From NCBI GenBank assembly GCA_964291675.2, contig OZ219865.1, forward strand, positions 512,001 to 576,000: a stretch of 64,000 bases of DNA, written 5' to 3'. A program made the position numbers and the translations under genes. Positions within the stretch are counted from its first letter, which is position 1. The number at the start of each line of letters is the position of its first letter. The notes beneath the pieces are model-generated. The model ran no database searches, was not told where the DNA came from, and saw only the letters and a program-made list of their open reading frames with translations. This DNA comes from Alphaproteobacteria bacterium. Lineage in GTDB: Bacteria > Pseudomonadota > Alphaproteobacteria > MPNO01. Below, one piece after another: positions 60,190 to 64,000 of the stretch.

Positions 60190-61839
60190 TCACGCTTCCG
60201 AGGGAGGCAGGGTCTCGCGGCCGCGAATCAGGTCCGATGCGCGCTCGGCGATCATGATCACCGGCGCGTTGATGTTGCCGCCCACCAGGTCGGGCATGAC
60301 GGAGGCGTCCACCACGCGCAGCGAGTCGATGCCGCGCAGGCGGAGCTCCGGATCGACCACCGCCATGTCGTCGCTTCCCATGCGGCAGGTCCCGGCGGGG
60401 TGGTGCGCGGTCGCGGCGGTTCGCCGGATATAGGCGTCGATGTCGTCGTCCCCGGTCACCTCCGGCCCGGGGTCGACCTCGATCGCGCCGAACTTCCTCA
60501 GCGGTTCCTGCGCGCCGACCTCGCGCACCAGCTTCACCCCGTCGCGGATGGTCCGCACATCCGCCTCTTCGGAGAGAAAGTTCTGGTGGATCCGGATCTT
60601 GTCGCGGGGGTCCGCCGAGGCGAGTCTGAGCTCCCCCCGGCTCTGCGGGCGCAGCAGCACCGGGCGGCAGCCGAAGCCGTCGGCCCAGGCCGGCTTGACC
60701 ACGGGAAACCACGGCCAGGTGTCGTCCGGCAGGGCGCGGAACAGGAACTGGATGTCGGGCAGATCGACTTCGGGCCGCGACTTGAGGAAGGCCATGATGC
60801 CGCCCGGCAGGTCGGTCGCCGGCCCCGACCCCGCGACATAGGCCCGCGGCATGTCGACGGCGAGCCGGTCGATGCGCATCTGCCGGTGGAACGTGCCGCG
60901 GTCCTCGCGGCTGTAGGTGACCATCGCAGACAGGTGGTCCTGGAGGTTCTTGCCGACGCCCTTGAGGTCGTGCACGGCGTCGATCCCGTGCTCGGCAAGC
61001 TCGTCGGCCGGCCCGATCCCCGACAGCATCAGGACCTGCGGCGAGTTGATGACGCCGCCCGCGAGCAGGACTTCGCGCTCGCAACGGATCTCGTGACGCT
61101 GCCCGCCTCGGGCGAATTCGAGCCCGGCCGCGCGCCCGTTCTCGACGATCAGCCGGGTGACCAGCGCGTCGGTCTCCAGCGTGACGTTGGCGCGCTTCAG
61201 CGCGGGCTTCAGATAGGCGACGGCGGCGCTGCAGCGGCGCCCGTTGCGGATCGTCTGCTGGATCCAGGTAAAGCCTTCCTGGCGTTCGCCGTTGTAATCC
61301 TCGGTGAAGTCGTGGCCGAGCGCCCGCCCCGCCTCGATGAAGGCGTGCAGCACGGGGTCGTCGAAGATTCCCGCCCGCACCGACAGGGGACCGTCGCTGC
61401 CGCGGTAGTCGTCGCCGCCCCTCTCCCACGACTCGGCGCGCTTGAAATAGGGCAGCACGTCGGCGAAGGACCACCCCGGGCAGCCCTTCTGGCGCCAGCG
61501 GTCGTAGTCGCCCCGGTGGCCGCGGACATAGGCCATGGCGTTGATCGACGACGAGCCGCCGACCACCCGCCCGCGCGCGCATTCGATGGACCGGTTGTCC
61601 AGATTGGGCTCGGGCTCGGTGAAATACATCCAGTCGTGGCGCCGCTCTTCCAGGATCTTTCCCCAGCCGAGCGGGATGTGGATCATCGGGTCGCGGTCCC
61701 GGCCGCCGGCCTCGACGACCGCCACACGGACCCCGGCGTCCTCGCTGAGCCGGTTCGCGAGCACGCAGCCGGCCGAGCCGGCGCCGACGATCGCGTAATC
61801 GTATGTCGCTGCTTCGGCCAACCTGCCCTCCCCGGTCAT
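60190..61839 (-). CDS. GMC oxidoreductase (choline dehydrogenase-like)
   Basis: GAGSAG, GGSSSINAM, GKNLQDH, HHPAGTCRMG. Confidence 0.95.
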   Translation of the reverse strand: MTGEGRLAEAATYDYAIVGAGSAGCVLANRLSEDAGVRVAVVEAGGRDRDPMIHIPLGWGKILEERRHDWMYFTEPEPNLDNRSIECARGRVVGGSSSINAMAYVRGHRGDYDRWRQKGCPGWSFADVLPYFKRAESWERGGDDYRGSDGPLSVRAGIFDDPVLHAFIEAGRALGHDFTEDYNGERQEGFTWIQQTIRNGRRCSAAVAYLKPALKRANVTLETDALVTRLIVENGRAAGLEFARGGQRHEIRCEREVLLAGGVINSPQVLMLSGIGPADELAEHGIDAVHDLKGVGKNLQDHLSAMVTYSREDRGTFHRQMRIDRLAVDMPRAYVAGSGPATDLPGGIMAFLKSRPEVDLPDIQFLFRALPDDTWPWFPVVKPAWADGFGCRPVLLRPQSRGELRLASADPRDKIRIHQNFLSEEADVRTIRDGVKLVREVGAQEPLRKFGAIEVDPGPEVTGDDDIDAYIRRTAATAHHPAGTCRMGSDDMAVVDPELRLRGIDSLRVVDASVMPDLVGGNINAPVIMIAERASDLIRGRETLPPSEA

Positions 61840-61889
61840 CGCCTCGCAGCGCCGAACATAGCAGACAGGCCCGGCCGATCCATCCGGGG

Positions 61890-62000
61890 CCGTCCTTCGA
61901 TACGCCCCCTTCGGGGGCTACTCAGGATGAGGGGAGGTTGGCAGGTGTCAAATGCATCCCCTCATCCCGAGTAGGCGCGCAGCGCCGTATCGAGGGACGC
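61890..62000. repeat. paired REP-like palindromes of a second family
   Basis: cgtccttcgatacg...tactcaggatgagggg is inverted against cccctcatcccgagta...cgtatcgagggacg; a half copy lies near 7558. Confidence 0.75.
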
Positions 62001-62035
62001 CGCGCCGCATCGCTTCGATCCAAGACCGGATCGCC

Positions 62036-62959
62036 TCAGTGGGCCGCCGACTGCACCTCCCGATCGACCAGCGAGGTCGGGTCGTCGGTCTCGCGCAGCA
62101 TGCCCCAGCTCCTGATCCAGGCGGCGGTGCGTTCGAGCTCGCGATCCGGGATCGGCGCCGGCTCCACGACGACGATCCGGCTCTCGCGCAGGTCGTCGGC
62201 GCGCAACGCCGCGATCTCCGGGTCGGTGCGGGCGTGGTAGTCGATGAAATAGCGCAGATAGCTGCGCTTGTCGGCGTCGATCCGGCGGACCGCCTCGCAG
62301 ACCGCGCGGTTGAACTGCGCATAGGTCGCCGCGTCGACCCGGTGCGAGGCGACTTCGGTGCCGTGGTAGAACGCCGCGGTGAGGATGCGGCAGCCCTTCT
62401 TCTCGGCCAGCGTGATATAGGGCTCGGTCAGGGTCGTCGCCTCGATCTCTCCCGACATCATCGAGTCCAGGCGAAAGCGCGAGCCCATCGGGGCGCTGCA
62501 AACCCTGATCCGCTCGCGCGGCAGGAAACCCTCGAGCATGTGGAGCGCCAGATAGTGGGTGCCGAAATAGAACGGCACCCCGACCAGGCGGTCGGCGAGC
62601 TGCTGGACGGTGAACACGTCCGACTCCGGGCGCACCGCGATCGCCGCGTAGGTGACGATCGAGCGCCGGCCGATCTGCCGCCCGCTGTCGATGCCGGAAT
62701 CCTGCACCCGGCAGTAGTTTCCCCACTCGCAGGCGTTGTACATGTCCGCCCGGCCCTCTTCGAAGAGCTTGCCGTGGCTCGAATGCGGGTCGAGACCGTC
62801 GGGGCTCAGGACCTCGACGCGGGTGCGCCGGTCCACCCCGGCTTCGCGGTCGACCCATTCGATGCTCAGCCCTTCATCCGCGAACAGCCCCTCGTCGTCG
62901 GCGACCAGCTCGCAAAGCCCCTGGAAGGGGGCGGTGTTCTCCAGCACCAGTGTCTGCAT
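62036..62959 (-). CDS. SsuA/NMT1-like substrate-binding fold protein without a signal peptide
   Basis: VADDEGLFADEGLSIE, VRPESDV..VQQLA, GEIEATTLTEPY. Confidence 0.75.
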   Translation of the reverse strand: MQTLVLENTAPFQGLCELVADDEGLFADEGLSIEWVDREAGVDRRTRVEVLSPDGLDPHSSHGKLFEEGRADMYNACEWGNYCRVQDSGIDSGRQIGRRSIVTYAAIAVRPESDVFTVQQLADRLVGVPFYFGTHYLALHMLEGFLPRERIRVCSAPMGSRFRLDSMMSGEIEATTLTEPYITLAEKKGCRILTAAFYHGTEVASHRVDAATYAQFNRAVCEAVRRIDADKRSYLRYFIDYHARTDPEIAALRADDLRESRIVVVEPAPIPDRELERTAAWIRSWGMLRETDDPTSLVDREVQSAAH

Positions 62960-63086
62960 CGGTTCTCTCCCGGACGCCCCTTCCTATATCGGACGGGCGC
63001 CCGCAGCGCCAGCGCGAGGCGGGTTGCAATCGCGCCGCATCGGGTTCAGCTTTCCGCCAGGCGCGCGTGCTCAAGTCGCCAGCGAC

Positions 63087-63176
63087 GGATGGGTGGCCGA
63101 GCGGTCGAAGGCACCGGTCTTGAAAACCGGCAGGCGCGCGAGCGTCTCGTGGGTTCGAATCCCACCCCATCCGCCA
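63087..63176 (+). tRNA. tRNA-Ser(TGA)
   Basis: ggatgggtggccgagcgg...ccggt ctTGAaa accgg, long variable arm, ggttcgaatcc, CCA end. Confidence 0.97.
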
Positions 63177-63559
63177 CCGCCGGATCGGCGCAAAAAGAGG
63201 CGGAGCCTAGGTCGCGCGAGCGAGATAGGCTCCGCAAGTCACGGGGGGAACACAGGGAGGCATCTGGCAGGACAACCCGATTCCCCCGTCGCACAAGGGA
63301 CTCGCGGAAGGGAGAAACCGCAAATCCAAGAAAAATATTTCACAAATGCTCGGCGATTGTCACCGGAATGTGACCATGCGCAAGCTGTCGTGGGCCGAAA
63401 CAAGAGACCTGTGACTTTTAATCCTAAATCAATATATTATAGATCGTCCCTCACATACGATATTATCGAAGCGTTTCATCGGAAGCGAATCACCCCGTCC
63501 GATTCGGCATCGAGTCGTGCAAATTTGTGAACGCTCGTAAAGATTGAAAACCTCGATCC

Positions 63560-64000
63560 CTATGCGCGCAGATCCAGGAAGCGGGGCGCCTTGACGCTCG
63601 CCTCGAACTCGCGCGCCAGCACGCCGGACTCCACGATCACGATGTCGGGCGAGAGTTCGAACGTCGCCTTGGTCTGCCGCGCCAGCTCCTCGCGCAGGGT
63701 CTCGATGTCGGCGCCGCGCCGGGGCTCGACCGAGACCCGCAGACTCTCCAGCCCGGCGGCATCGCCGATCAGCTCGAGCTTGAAGTCGTTCACCGCGCGG
63801 TGCGCGAACATCATGTCCTCGAACTCCTGGTGGTTGACGTTGACGCCGCGCAGCTTGAAGAACCCGGCGGTCCTGTGGGCGTGGCGCATCGTCGGAAAGA
63901 CCGAGAACGCCCCGTCATCGCCCTCGGCCGGGCTCATGACGACGATATCGCCCGATTCCCAGCGCAGGAACGGCGCCCCGTTATTGCCGAACAGCGAGGT
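63560..64000 (-). CDS. phenylacetate-CoA ligase family protein, C-terminal part
   Basis: TSLFGNNGAPFLRWESGD, KLRGVNV, KAPRFLD; runs off the window. Confidence 0.8.
   Translation of the reverse strand, partial: TSLFGNNGAPFLRWESGDIVVMSPAEGDDGAFSVFPTMRHAHRTAGFFKLRGVNVNHQEFEDMMFAHRAVNDFKLELIGDAAGLESLRVSVEPRRGADIETLREELARQTKATFELSPDIVIVESGVLAREFEASVKAPRFLDLRA

Overview
GC-rich alphaproteobacterial chromosome segment; gene order looks Rhodospirillales-like (inference). Housekeeping blocks: mltB-rlpA-tmk-holB-metG at 1-3.6 kb, and yceD-rpmF-plsX-fabH-ihfA-merR, tRNA-Pro, bamE, hppA, rpiB-glyA-nrdR-ribD-ribE-ribB-ribH-nusB-thiL, mucR, thrH and tRNA-Ser at 41-64 kb. Between them is an accessory zone of catabolic genes, two toxin-antitoxin loci and mobile DNA. 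Most notable: (1) a type III restriction-modification locus whose mod gene is split by an intact IS256 (8-bp target duplication), with an AbiJ-like gene between mod and res; (2) a three-level nest: REP palindromes, a TIR-bounded MITE amplified as a 4 x 330 bp array, and an IS110 whose non-coding leader carries short matches to its own end and to its target, as expected of a bridge RNA; (3) two cassette-like arrays of small membrane-anchored coiled-coil genes, each gene behind a repeated leader; (4) a SelW/Rdx selenoprotein (CxxU) missed by the ORF track; (5) a BrnT toxin whose antitoxin-like N-terminus is fused to a sacsin-type ATPase. All family assignments come from recognising motifs by eye; no database search was run.
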